This document shows positions 25,697 through 34,710 of a stretch of DNA of 64,000 bases, piece after piece. The translations under genes and the position numbers were made by a program. Where the stretch lies: contig JAAZZG010000005.1 in NCBI GenBank assembly GCA_014237715.1, forward strand, positions 30,391 through 94,390, read 5' to 3'. Source of the stretch: Acidimicrobiales bacterium (GTDB lineage: Bacteria; Actinomycetota; Acidimicrobiia; Acidimicrobiales; MedAcidi-G1). Position 1 is the first letter of the stretch, and every line of letters starts with the position of its first letter. The notes under the pieces are model-generated. The model was not told the origin of the DNA, ran no database searches, and saw only the letters and a program-made list of their open reading frames with translations.

Positions 25697-26389
25697 TCAG
25701 AACAGACGGGCCACCCCGGCCCGACCCCGGGCCGGTTCGCCCACCTCGGGCAGACCGTCCATGAACGACCAGGACCGACGATGGAACATCGTGGCGCCCC
25801 GTTCGGCCAGGGCCTCGCGATGGACGGGACTGGGATAGCCCTTGGACGTAGCGAACCCGTAGCCCGGGAAGCGGACCTCGGCACCCCGCATGATCCGATC
25901 CCGGGTGACCTTGGCCACCACGGAGGCCGCGGCGATCGAAAGGCTGGTGGCGTCACCCCTCACGATGGTCCGGGCCCGTCCTCCACCTACAAAATCCCAG
26001 TTGCCGTCCAGAAGCACCCGGTCGACCTCGACGCCGAGGGTCTCCAAGGCCCGCCGGGCCGCCAGGCGTTGGGCAGCCGACATCCCCAGATCATCGCACT
26101 CGTCGTTACTGGCGTGACCGACCGACCAGGCGGTGGCCCATCCGGTGATGCGATCCATGAGTAGTTCGCGTTCCGGCTCGGTAAGCATCTTGGAATCACG
26201 GACCCCGGTGATGCGGCGGTCCGTGTTGACAACGACGGCCCCCACGGTCAGCGGGCCGGCCCATGAGCCCTTGCCCACCTCGTCCATGCCGGCTACCACG
26301 GCGTGGCCGTCGGTCCACAGCTCCTGCTCGGCCTTCAGGCCGGGGGCCTTCCCCCGCAACGCGGCGCGCATTCGGGTCCGTCCGGTCAT
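25697..26389 (-). CDS. rnhB: Ribonuclease HII
   Basis: 230 aa. GMDEVGKGSWAGPLTVGAVV active-site block and C-terminal DSK/GY pattern. Confidence 0.9.
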   Translation of the reverse strand: MTGRTRMRAALRGKAPGLKAEQELWTDGHAVVAGMDEVGKGSWAGPLTVGAVVVNTDRRITGVRDSKMLTEPERELLMDRITGWATAWSVGHASNDECDDLGMSAAQRLAARRALETLGVEVDRVLLDGNWDFVGGGRARTIVRGDATSLSIAAASVVAKVTRDRIMRGAEVRFPGYGFATSKGYPSPVHREALAERGATMFHRRSWSFMDGLPEVGEPARGRAGVARLF

Positions 26390-26442
26390 GCCCTGACCCT
26401 ATGAGACCGGCCCCATGAGCCCGAGAATGCGAAGTCGTAGAA

Positions 26443-27987
26443 TCAGGTGAACGAACCACCCTCGGCAGGAATGCTGGTCCGGGGAGGAATCCGGCCGGCC
26501 GGCGCGGCCAGCAACGCCTCTCCGGTGGCGCCGGTGCTAGAGAACGCCCGATCCAGACCCGGCACCCGGAGGACCACCGGACCGACTTCGGGGCCCGGGA
26601 ACGGGTGGGCCTCGAGCTCCCACAGGAGGGCCGGACGTTCCCCGTGCCACCGCACGGCGAACCCCAGTCGACCGACCGGGGTGGCCAGACCACGGACCTC
26701 GACAGGCTGGCCCAACCAGGCGTCGGGCAGGTCCACCAACAGGTCTAGACCGTCTGTAGTCCGGCACACCAGGCGGTCAGCGAGCATCCGGAGCTCAGCG
26801 GCCGGACCCGTATCGACCGCTAGTGGGGCGTCCTCGACCGGGGACGTCATCTCGCCGAGAGAGGCAGCATCGGCAGCGGCCGTGTAGTCACCGAGCACCT
26901 CGAACAGCCCGGCGAGGACCCCTACGGCCCGGCGGGCTTCCGGGCCGTCTCCGCCGGCCCGGATAATCCCGTCCAACCCATCGGCAAGCGGTGCCCCAAC
27001 CAGCGCCCGTGTGAACAACGCCGGATCACGGGTCAGATCCCACAGGGCGGCAGCGGCACGAAGTCGGCCGGCGCCCGAACCGGTCCAACCCGACTGCAGC
27101 CGTTGGGCCGCCTCCTTGCCGAATCCCCAACGGGCCAACTCGACGACCACGGAGGCCGACGGTTCGGCCAGCAGAAGGTCCACCAGGGCCCGGTGAGCGT
27201 CAGCGCCCTCGGGAACATCAACGGTGGCCGCCACCTCCAGTCGAGACGCCCAGCCGGCGACCACCCGCTCGACAGCCGGCAGAACGGCCGACGGGTTGTC
27301 CACCAGATCACCGGCCGGCACCGCGAACCGCAACGCCGTCCGATGCGGGAGGGGAACGACGAGGGCACCGGCCGCCGCGCCGATCCGACAGCGGACCGGG
27401 TCCGGCGCCTGTTCGACCGCCCGGCCTCCGGTGACCTCGGCCCACAAGTCCCCGCCGGCGTCCACCAGTGAGAAACGGCCCGGATCCCGGTCGACCACCA
27501 CAGCGGTGGCTCCGTCGGCCATGAGTCGACGACCGTCCACAGCCAGCCGTCGGATCCGGCCACCCGCCGCGGCCTGGACGGTGACCGCCACTGCCACCGG
27601 CACCGGCGTCTCATTGCTCAGTTCCACGACCACCGCCGGTCCAGCTGAGCCATCGGCTTGGGCAGCCCACGTGGTGGCCACGATGTCTCCACCCGACACC
27701 CGCATCCGGGTCTCCAGTACCGGTGCCGTTCCGGGCCTGACCTGACGGACCGCGGCCTCCACCCCCGGGGCGTACCAACGGTCATCCGCTCCGATCCACC
27801 ATTCGACCTGACACCCGTTGCCATCCCCATCACCGAGGGGCCAGACCGTGGCCCGAGAATCAACAACCGCCAACGGGCCGTCCCACGTGCCAACCCGCGT
27901 TCCGGCCAGCACGGGTGACCCATCAGCGGGCCGAGCGCGCCAGAACGCCAGACGAGAGCAGAAGCCCGCCCCGGGAGGACCGGCCAT
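26443..27987 (-). CDS. Hypothetical protein (514 aa), no recognisable motif
   Basis: ORF 26443..28245 trimmed to MAGPPGAGF (ATG 27987, 1-nt overlap with the gpsA stop). Ala/Val/Gly-rich and soluble-looking, with beta-rich ends and a helical middle. No catalytic motif recognised. Confidence 0.6.
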   Translation of the reverse strand: MAGPPGAGFCSRLAFWRARPADGSPVLAGTRVGTWDGPLAVVDSRATVWPLGDGDGNGCQVEWWIGADDRWYAPGVEAAVRQVRPGTAPVLETRMRVSGGDIVATTWAAQADGSAGPAVVVELSNETPVPVAVAVTVQAAAGGRIRRLAVDGRRLMADGATAVVVDRDPGRFSLVDAGGDLWAEVTGGRAVEQAPDPVRCRIGAAAGALVVPLPHRTALRFAVPAGDLVDNPSAVLPAVERVVAGWASRLEVAATVDVPEGADAHRALVDLLLAEPSASVVVELARWGFGKEAAQRLQSGWTGSGAGRLRAAAALWDLTRDPALFTRALVGAPLADGLDGIIRAGGDGPEARRAVGVLAGLFEVLGDYTAAADAASLGEMTSPVEDAPLAVDTGPAAELRMLADRLVCRTTDGLDLLVDLPDAWLGQPVEVRGLATPVGRLGFAVRWHGERPALLWELEAHPFPGPEVGPVVLRVPGLDRAFSSTGATGEALLAAPAGRIPPRTSIPAEGGSFT

Positions 27988-29060
27988 CAGGAGTCCGCGC
28001 CCCCGTTCTCGGGTAGTTCGACCTCGGCGGCCGGTCGGCGGGCCATCAGGTTCGCCCAAACCTCGACCGGCGAGCGGCCCTCCTCGAACACGCTGCGGAC
28101 ACCCTCGGCGATCGGAACCTCGACGTCGACCCCGACAGCCAGTTGACAGGCCACTCCGGCCGCCCGGACGCCCTCGGCCACCTGATCCATGCCGGCCAGT
28201 ACCTCGTCGGGCGGCATGCCTCGACCCACCTGCTCGCCGACCCACCGGTTGCGACTCTGGCCGCTCATGCAGGTGGCCAGGGCGTCACCCATCCCAGCCA
28301 GACCGGCCAACGTCTGGAAGTCGGCTCCGAGGGCCACCCCCAGTCGGCTCATCTCGGCCAGGCCCCGGGTGATGAGAGCGGCCCGGGCGTTGTCGCCGGT
28401 GTCGAGCCCCTCGGCCATGCCAGCCGCCAGTGCGATCACGTTCTTAACCGCGCCACCGATCTCACAACCCACCAGATCGTCGTTGGTGTAGACCCGCAAA
28501 CGGTCCGAGGCCAGCAGACCCTGGAGAGCCAGGGCAGCCGACGGATCGGTGGCGGCCACCACGGTGGCCGCAGACCGTCCCTCGAGAATTTCCCGGGCCA
28601 GGTTCGGCCCGGTCAGCACTCCGACCGGTCGGCCGGGCAGCACCTCGGCGGCCACCTGGGTCATACGCAGACCGGTTCCCTGCTCGAAGCCCTTGGCCAG
28701 ACTGATCACCGGCACGTCCGCGCCGAGGGCGGGCGCCGCGCTGACGAGGGTGGACCGGAAGCCGTGGGTGGGCACGCCGGCCACCACCAGATCAGCGCCC
28801 GACACTGCGCCGAGCAGGTCGTCAGTGGCCTCCAACTCACGAGGCAGATCGTGGCCCTCGAGGTAGCGGCGGTTTCCCCGCCCGGCGGCCACGTCGGCGG
28901 CCACCTCCGATCGTCTCGACCAGAGCACGGTCGACACGACGGGCGCCAAGAGGGCAGCCACCGTGGTCCCCCAGGACCCGGCACCAATAACGACCACCCT
29001 CTCCACGGACCGAGCCACGGGCTCGAGGCCGGGCGCGTCGGCCGGAGACGAGGGCGTCAT
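27987..29060 (-). CDS. gpsA: NAD(P)H-dependent glycerol-3-phosphate dehydrogenase
   Basis: 357 aa. VVVIGAGSWGTTVAALLA dinucleotide fold and a GpsA-like body (GAVKNVIALAAG). The true start may be an internal GTG near 29006. Confidence 0.9.
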   Translation of the reverse strand: MTPSSPADAPGLEPVARSVERVVVIGAGSWGTTVAALLAPVVSTVLWSRRSEVAADVAAGRGNRRYLEGHDLPRELEATDDLLGAVSGADLVVAGVPTHGFRSTLVSAAPALGADVPVISLAKGFEQGTGLRMTQVAAEVLPGRPVGVLTGPNLAREILEGRSAATVVAATDPSAALALQGLLASDRLRVYTNDDLVGCEIGGAVKNVIALAAGMAEGLDTGDNARAALITRGLAEMSRLGVALGADFQTLAGLAGMGDALATCMSGQSRNRWVGEQVGRGMPPDEVLAGMDQVAEGVRAAGVACQLAVGVDVEVPIAEGVRSVFEEGRSPVEVWANLMARRPAAEVELPENGGADS

Positions 29061-29082
29061 GGCGTCACCCTAGGGTGTCGCG

Positions 29083-29679
29083 ATGTCCGGACCCATCGGC
29101 GTACTGATCCCCATGAAGGCCTTCGCCGACGCTAAGGGCCGTCTTGCCGGAGCGGTCGACGCTGATGGTCGTGCCGATCTGGCCCGAACCATGGCGTCCA
29201 CCGTGGTCGCCGCGGCGGCCCCCCTCCCAGTGACCGTGGTCTGCGACGACGACGGGGTCGACGCCTGGGCCCGCTCGGTGGGCGCCGCCGTGATCCGGGT
29301 CCACGGGCCGGGCCTGAACCGGGCCGTGGAGGCCGGCGTGGCTGCCCTGGCCGCCGACGGTGTGTCGCAGGTCGTGATCGCCCACGCCGACCTTCCCCGG
29401 GCCACCCGACTGGACCACTGTGCGGCCACCCAGGGCATCACTCTGGTGCCCGACCGGAACCTCGATGGCACCCCGGTGCTCTCGGTGCCCACCGATGCCG
29501 GATTCCGATTCGCGTACGGACCGGGCTCGTACGCCGCGCACGTGGCCGAGGCCGAACGACTGGGGTTGCCGTGGAGGAGCCTGCACGACCCCGACCTGGC
29601 CTTCGACGTCGACGATCCGGCGGATCTCGAGGGTCTCGACGGGCTCCTCGGGGCGCTCGGCTTCCAACCTGCGGACTAG
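29083..29679 (+). CDS. cofC: 2-phospho-L-lactate/PEP guanylyltransferase (F420 biosynthesis CofC/FbiD)
   Basis: 198 aa. IGVLIPMKAFADAKGRLAG and later VVIAHADLP match the CofC-family pattern. Confidence 0.75.
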   Translation: MSGPIGVLIPMKAFADAKGRLAGAVDADGRADLARTMASTVVAAAAPLPVTVVCDDDGVDAWARSVGAAVIRVHGPGLNRAVEAGVAALAADGVSQVVIAHADLPRATRLDHCAATQGITLVPDRNLDGTPVLSVPTDAGFRFAYGPGSYAAHVAEAERLGLPWRSLHDPDLAFDVDDPADLEGLDGLLGALGFQPAD

Positions 29680-30530
29680 ACGCCGGCGGCCTCAGATCGG
29701 CGCGACCGGCCGGAACCCACCGAGGGCTCCCACCGGAACCGTCGGGCGGCCACCAGGGCGCCGAACACTCCCCAGCAGGCCATCCGCAGCAACAGCGCCG
29801 GTTCCCACCCCGAACCACTGTGGTACGGATCGAAGGGGGTGAAAAAGGCCTCGACGAAGGCCTTGAGCGGAAGCACGTCGCCAACCACCTGCAACCACCG
29901 GACCGGATCGTCACCCAGAGGAAAGAACACTTCCGACACGAAGGCCATCGGCAGCATGGTGGCCTGAGCCAACGCCGGCGAACTCTGACCCGACGGGGCG
30001 ACAGCGGCCAGAGCCAGACCCAGCATGGCGAACGAGGCTGTACCGACCACGAAGGTGATAACCGCCGGAAGGGCCCGATCGAGGTCGACCTCCACGCCGT
30101 AGACGATCATTCCGACCACCAGCATGAGGAGCACACCGAACGCGGCGATGCTCACGCCCGAACCGACGACTCCGCCGAGGTACACCCACCTGGGCAGCGG
30201 GGTACCGCGGACACGTCGCAGGATCCCCTCATCACGGGTGATGGCCGTCGAGATACCGATGTTGGTGTAGGTGGCCGACGCAGCGGTGAACACGGCCAGG
30301 CCCGGCACGTAGAACTGGGCCGCAGAGACCTCATGACCCCCACCGATGAAGATGTCGCCGGAGATCGCCGCGAACAAAAGCAGGAACATAAGCGGGAAGG
30401 CCAGGGTGAAGAACGCCGAGATGGGCACCCGGCGAAACACCCGGTTCTGGTAGCCAATCTGGTGGACCAGCAGGCCTAGCGGCGACGGTAACCGTCCCGG
30501 CCGGTCAGCCATGATCTCCAGCTCCGACAT
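29676..30530 (-). CDS. ABC-2 type exporter permease
   Basis: ORF 29676..30824 trimmed to MSELEIMADRPGRL (ATG 30530; ATG 30512 equally possible). Six hydrophobic segments. Overlaps the stop (30505-30507) of the upstream ATPase gene. Confidence 0.75.
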   Translation of the reverse strand: MSELEIMADRPGRLPSPLGLLVHQIGYQNRVFRRVPISAFFTLAFPLMFLLLFAAISGDIFIGGGHEVSAAQFYVPGLAVFTAASATYTNIGISTAITRDEGILRRVRGTPLPRWVYLGGVVGSGVSIAAFGVLLMLVVGMIVYGVEVDLDRALPAVITFVVGTASFAMLGLALAAVAPSGQSSPALAQATMLPMAFVSEVFFPLGDDPVRWLQVVGDVLPLKAFVEAFFTPFDPYHSGSGWEPALLLRMACWGVFGALVAARRFRWEPSVGSGRSRRSEAAGV

Positions 30531-31455
30531 CGACCTCTCCGTCCCCACCGACCAGATCCAGGTAGACGTCCTCGAGCGTGGGCCGGACAACCTCCAGGTC
30601 AGCCAGCTCCAGTTTTCGTTCCATGGCCCATGCGGTGAGCCGGTGCAGGTCGGCGGTGGGCTGTTCGGTTCGTACCTCGAGGCGACCGCCACGCACGGTG
30701 GCCCGCCCCGACAGCCGGCCCAGCAGGTCGTCAACCGTGCCGTCGGCCTCCAGTGGGAACCGGGCCCGGATGGCCGTCTCGCGGTCCATCGAGCCGCGCA
30801 ACTCGTCAGGCGTGCCCTCGGCAACCGCCCGACCGCCGGCGATGACCAGCACCCGGTCGGCCAACGCCTGGACCTCGTCCATGTAGTGACTGGTCAACAC
30901 GATCGTGGTACCCAACGCCCGCAGTCCGTCGACCATCTCCCAAGCCTGTCGGCGGGCCGACGGGTCAAACCCGGTGGTCGGCTCGTCGAGAAACAACACG
31001 TCCGGGTCGCCGATGATTCCCAGCGCCAGGTCGATCCGTCGCTTCTGGCCACCCGACAAGCGGTGGGTGCGTCGGTCGCCTAGTCCGTGAAGACCCACCA
31101 ACTCCAGCACCTCGTCGACCGGACGGCGCCGCGAGTAGCAGGCTCCGTAGTGCACCAGCGCCTCGCGGACAGTCAGTTCACGCTCGATGCCGACCTCCTG
31201 GAGGACGATGCCGATCCGGTCCCGAAAGGCCGCAGAGGACGCACCCGGATCATGCCCCAGGACCTCCACGGTGCCGGTGTCCCTGGATCGGTGCCCCTCG
31301 AGGATCTCTACGGTGGTCGACTTGCCGGCACCGTTCGGCCCCAACAGGGCAAACACCTCGCCGGGTTCCACCTGGAACGACAGGCCGTCAACGGCTCGGA
31401 CGTCGCCATAGGACCTGCCCAGCCCGGACACGGTCAGGGCAGCGGAAGCGGACAC
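30505..31455 (-). CDS. ABC transporter ATP-binding protein (DrrA/ABC-2 exporter type)
   Basis: ORF 30505..31725 (TTG start). GPNGAGKST, LSGGQKRRIDLA, LFLDEPT. Start trimmed to GTG 31455 (VSASAALTVSGLGRSYG); uncertain. Confidence 0.8.
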   Translation of the reverse strand: MSASAALTVSGLGRSYGDVRAVDGLSFQVEPGEVFALLGPNGAGKSTTVEILEGHRSRDTGTVEVLGHDPGASSAAFRDRIGIVLQEVGIERELTVREALVHYGACYSRRRPVDEVLELVGLHGLGDRRTHRLSGGQKRRIDLALGIIGDPDVLFLDEPTTGFDPSARRQAWEMVDGLRALGTTIVLTSHYMDEVQALADRVLVIAGGRAVAEGTPDELRGSMDRETAIRARFPLEADGTVDDLLGRLSGRATVRGGRLEVRTEQPTADLHRLTAWAMERKLELADLEVVRPTLEDVYLDLVGGDGEVDVGAGDHG

Positions 31456-31766
31456 GGCGGCGAGGCTAGCCAGCCGGCCCCGACGTCGGGAGTGGATGAC
31501 GATCCCCCGCTCAGGGCGAGATGACCTTGGCGTCACCGCTCGTGACGATGACTCGGTTATCCGGCGTAGGCACAAGTCCACAGACAGGCGTTGCGGGCTC
31601 AGGCGCCTCGCCCCGGCAACGGTCGCGGCCCGGCCCCGGAAGGCCATTCCGACCAGCCCCCACCCCCGCCGAGGCTCCAACTGGCGGACGGCTGACACGA
31701 TCGCCTCCACCCGGGCACCCACCAATCTCGCCCCGCTTCATCGATCACCTGCCAGACTGCGCGGCT

Positions 31767-32345
31767 ATGGAGACCGTGAGCTTTGAACACATGGTGGACG
31801 GCACACCCGAGGACTACGTCCTTATCGGGCGCGAACTTGCCGCCCACAAGGCCGAGCACCTAGCCGACCACGTCTTGGGCACGCTCAAGGCCATGGCCGG
31901 CCCGCTACTGGGCTACCCGGTAGACCGGTTCCAGCACAGTCTGCAGAGTGCCACCCGGGCGTTACGCAACGGCGAGGACGACGAAATGGTGGTGGCCGCC
32001 CTGCTCCACGACGTCGGCGACCCCATCGCGCCGGAGAACCACAGCGCGGTGGCCGCCGACATAATCCGGCCCTACGTCGCCGACCGGACGCACTGGATCA
32101 TCCGGCACCACGGTGTGTTCCAGGGGTACTACTACTTCCACCATCTGGACGCCGACCCTGACGCCCGGGAGCAGTTCCGGGACCACCAGTGGTTCGACGA
32201 CTGCGCTGCGTTCTGCGCCAACTACGACCAGAACTGCTTCGAGCGGAACCACGACACCATGGCGCTCGAGGACTTCGAACCCATGGTGCGGGCCCTGTTC
32301 GCCCGCGACAGCCGGTTCCCGCTGCCGTCCATGACTCTTGCCTGA
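31767..32345 (+). CDS. HD-domain protein, PhnZ/TmpB-like (possible mixed-valent diiron oxygenase)
   Basis: ORF 31521..32345 trimmed to METVSFEHMVDG (192 aa). DRFQHSLQSATRALRNGEDDEMVVAALLHDVGD...ENHSAV...THWIIRHHG parallels the PhnZ ligand pattern H...HD...H...H. Confidence 0.65.
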   Translation: METVSFEHMVDGTPEDYVLIGRELAAHKAEHLADHVLGTLKAMAGPLLGYPVDRFQHSLQSATRALRNGEDDEMVVAALLHDVGDPIAPENHSAVAADIIRPYVADRTHWIIRHHGVFQGYYYFHHLDADPDAREQFRDHQWFDDCAAFCANYDQNCFERNHDTMALEDFEPMVRALFARDSRFPLPSMTLA

Positions 32346-32367
32346 CGACCACACCTAGGAACCACTC

Positions 32368-33354
32368 CTAGGGCTCCAGGACCACCTTGATGGCGCCGGC
32401 GGAACGATCGGCGGCCACCCGAAATGCCTCGGCGGCCTCGTCCAGACCGAACCGGTGGGTCACCACGGCAGCCGCCAGGTCGGGCACCTCGACCAGCAGG
32501 CGCGCCGCCACACGCAACTCGCCGACCGGGTCGGCATCAGGCCCCGGGTCGGCTCCCGGACCCGACGCTCCATGGGCGTGCACCCCACGGGCGCAGCCGT
32601 ACATGGACGACGGCACCAGGCGGACCTCCTTGAGGAACATGGTCATCACGTTGGGTAGCGCCAGACCGTCCCAGTAGACGCCGGGCAGCGACACGGTTCC
32701 CCCGGGCCGGGCGTGGTCGATGGCCGTGACCAACGCACCCTCGGTACCCGCTGCTTCCACCACCACGTCGTACTCCCCCAATGCCTCCGTGCCCGCCCCC
32801 AGACGTTCGGCGGCCGCCTGCTGATGGGGGTGACGGGCTGAGACGTCGACGTCGGCACCCACGGCCCGGGCCGCAGCCACCGCAGTCAGTCCCACTGTCC
32901 CGCCCCCGACGACCAGCACCCGATGCCCGGTCACGATGCCCGCGGTGGCCACCGCGTGGACCGACACAGCCACCGGCTCGACCAGGCAGGCATCGGCCAC
33001 CGAGAGCCCCTCGGGTAGCGCCACTACGCACGACGAATCAACGATCACCCGGTCGGCCATACCACCGTCGACAGCCAGCCCGTAGAGCGCCATATCGCGG
33101 CACTGCTGAACCTCACCGACTAGACATCGATCGCAGGTTCCACAGGTCCGGGTAGGTCGAACAGCCACCGCGGTGCCGTCGGCGGTCCGTCCCGCCACCT
33201 CGTGGCCGAACGTGGTGGGCAGGCCGAAGCCCGCCATATGGAGGTCCGATCCACAGATACCGGCCGAGGCCACTTCGACCAGCACGCCGTCGCCCTCAGG
33301 CTCAGGCACCTCCACCAACTCGAATACCCCGCCGACCGTCCGTACTCCTCGCAC
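32368..33354 (-). CDS. Zn-dependent medium-chain alcohol dehydrogenase/reductase (MDR family)
   Basis: ORF 32368..33429 trimmed to GTG 33354 (GGAGG 4-5 nt upstream). GICGSDLH, GHEVAG, structural-Zn CGTCDRCLVGEVQQC, VVGGGTVGL. Confidence 0.8.
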   Translation of the reverse strand: MRGVRTVGGVFELVEVPEPEGDGVLVEVASAGICGSDLHMAGFGLPTTFGHEVAGRTADGTAVAVRPTRTCGTCDRCLVGEVQQCRDMALYGLAVDGGMADRVIVDSSCVVALPEGLSVADACLVEPVAVSVHAVATAGIVTGHRVLVVGGGTVGLTAVAAARAVGADVDVSARHPHQQAAAERLGAGTEALGEYDVVVEAAGTEGALVTAIDHARPGGTVSLPGVYWDGLALPNVMTMFLKEVRLVPSSMYGCARGVHAHGASGPGADPGPDADPVGELRVAARLLVEVPDLAAAVVTHRFGLDEAAEAFRVAADRSAGAIKVVLEP

Positions 33355-33452
33355 CGCGCCTCCTCGTCCATTCTTCTCATCAGACCATCTCGGCTGATGG
33401 TTCCCTGCGCCCCGACCCCGAGCCGCCACGTACCCGACCGTAGGGTCCGACC

Positions 33453-34676
33453 ATGGGCATCGACCTGCTGGACGGCGACTTCTACGTCACCGACCCGTAC
33501 CCCACCTACGCTCGGCTCCGCGACGAGGATCCGCTCTACCGCGACGAAACCAACGGCCTGTGGGGCGTGTCGCGCTACGACGACATCGTGGCCATCGAAC
33601 GCGACAAGGCCACCTTCTCCAACGCGGGCGACGGCTCCAGGGGCTACCGACCCAACATTCCCGCCGACCGATCGATCATCGGCCTGGACGACCCCCACCA
33701 CATGCTGCGCCGAAACGTGGTGTCGCGCCGCTTCACCCCCCGGGCCGTCAGCCGCTGGGAAGACCACGTACGCGAAACCGTCACCGCGCTGATCGACGGC
33801 GCCCTCGCCGATCCCACCGCGGACGGCACCTGCCGGGTGGAGGCCATCAACGAGTTAGCCGCGCCACTCCCCGCCCAGATGATCGGTCTGCTACTGGGCT
33901 TCGGACCCGAGATGTGGCCCAAGCTCCAGGAGTGGTCCGAACGCACCATCGCCCTGGGCGGCGGCCCCGGCTACCACGACGAGGCCGGCGTCGTAGCCGC
34001 CATGGAGTTCGCCGGGGCGTGTGCCGAGCTCTACGAGGCAAAGCAGCCGGCGATCATCGAAGGCTGCCCGATGGACGACGTCATGTCGGTCTGGATCGAT
34101 CGGGAACGCCAGGGGCCCGAGGCCATGGGCGGCCACGCCTTTGGCCTCAACGAAATCATCCCGGACTGCCTGCTGCTGTTGGACGGCGGCGCCGAGACCA
34201 CCCGGACGGTCATTGCCCGCACGCTCGTCGAGTTGGCCGGCCGCCCCGACCAGTGGGCCTTGCTAAGTGACGGTGCCGACCTGACCATTGCCGTGGAGGA
34301 GTTCATCCGATGGGTGACGCCCATCCACAACATGTGCCGGGTGGCGACCACTGACGTGGAGATGCACGGCCACAACATCCGGGCCGGCGACCAGCTGGTC
34401 CTCATGTACTCGTCGGCCAATCGCGACCCAGCTCACTTCGACGACCCGGAGACGTTCGACGTGACCCGGGACCCGAACCACCACATTGCCTTCGGCTTCG
34501 GCACCCACTTCTGTCTGGGCGCCGCTCTAGCCCGCCTGGAGATCCGCTCGTTCTTCGAGGAGTTCGTAGCCCGGGTGGCCGAGATCCGCATCGCCCCGGG
34601 TACCACTCCCGTCGAGATGCCCAACTCGTTCGTCTACGGGATGAGCGAAGCCCATCTCGAACTGATGCCCGCCTGA
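33453..34676 (+). CDS. Cytochrome P450
   Basis: 407 aa. EEFIRW (ExxR) and heme loop FGFGTHFCLGAALARLE. Confidence 0.9.
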   Translation: MGIDLLDGDFYVTDPYPTYARLRDEDPLYRDETNGLWGVSRYDDIVAIERDKATFSNAGDGSRGYRPNIPADRSIIGLDDPHHMLRRNVVSRRFTPRAVSRWEDHVRETVTALIDGALADPTADGTCRVEAINELAAPLPAQMIGLLLGFGPEMWPKLQEWSERTIALGGGPGYHDEAGVVAAMEFAGACAELYEAKQPAIIEGCPMDDVMSVWIDRERQGPEAMGGHAFGLNEIIPDCLLLLDGGAETTRTVIARTLVELAGRPDQWALLSDGADLTIAVEEFIRWVTPIHNMCRVATTDVEMHGHNIRAGDQLVLMYSSANRDPAHFDDPETFDVTRDPNHHIAFGFGTHFCLGAALARLEIRSFFEEFVARVAEIRIAPGTTPVEMPNSFVYGMSEAHLELMPA

Positions 34677-34710
34677 CCCAGCTCGCTTCCGAGCAGAAGG
34701 CTCCTGCGAA

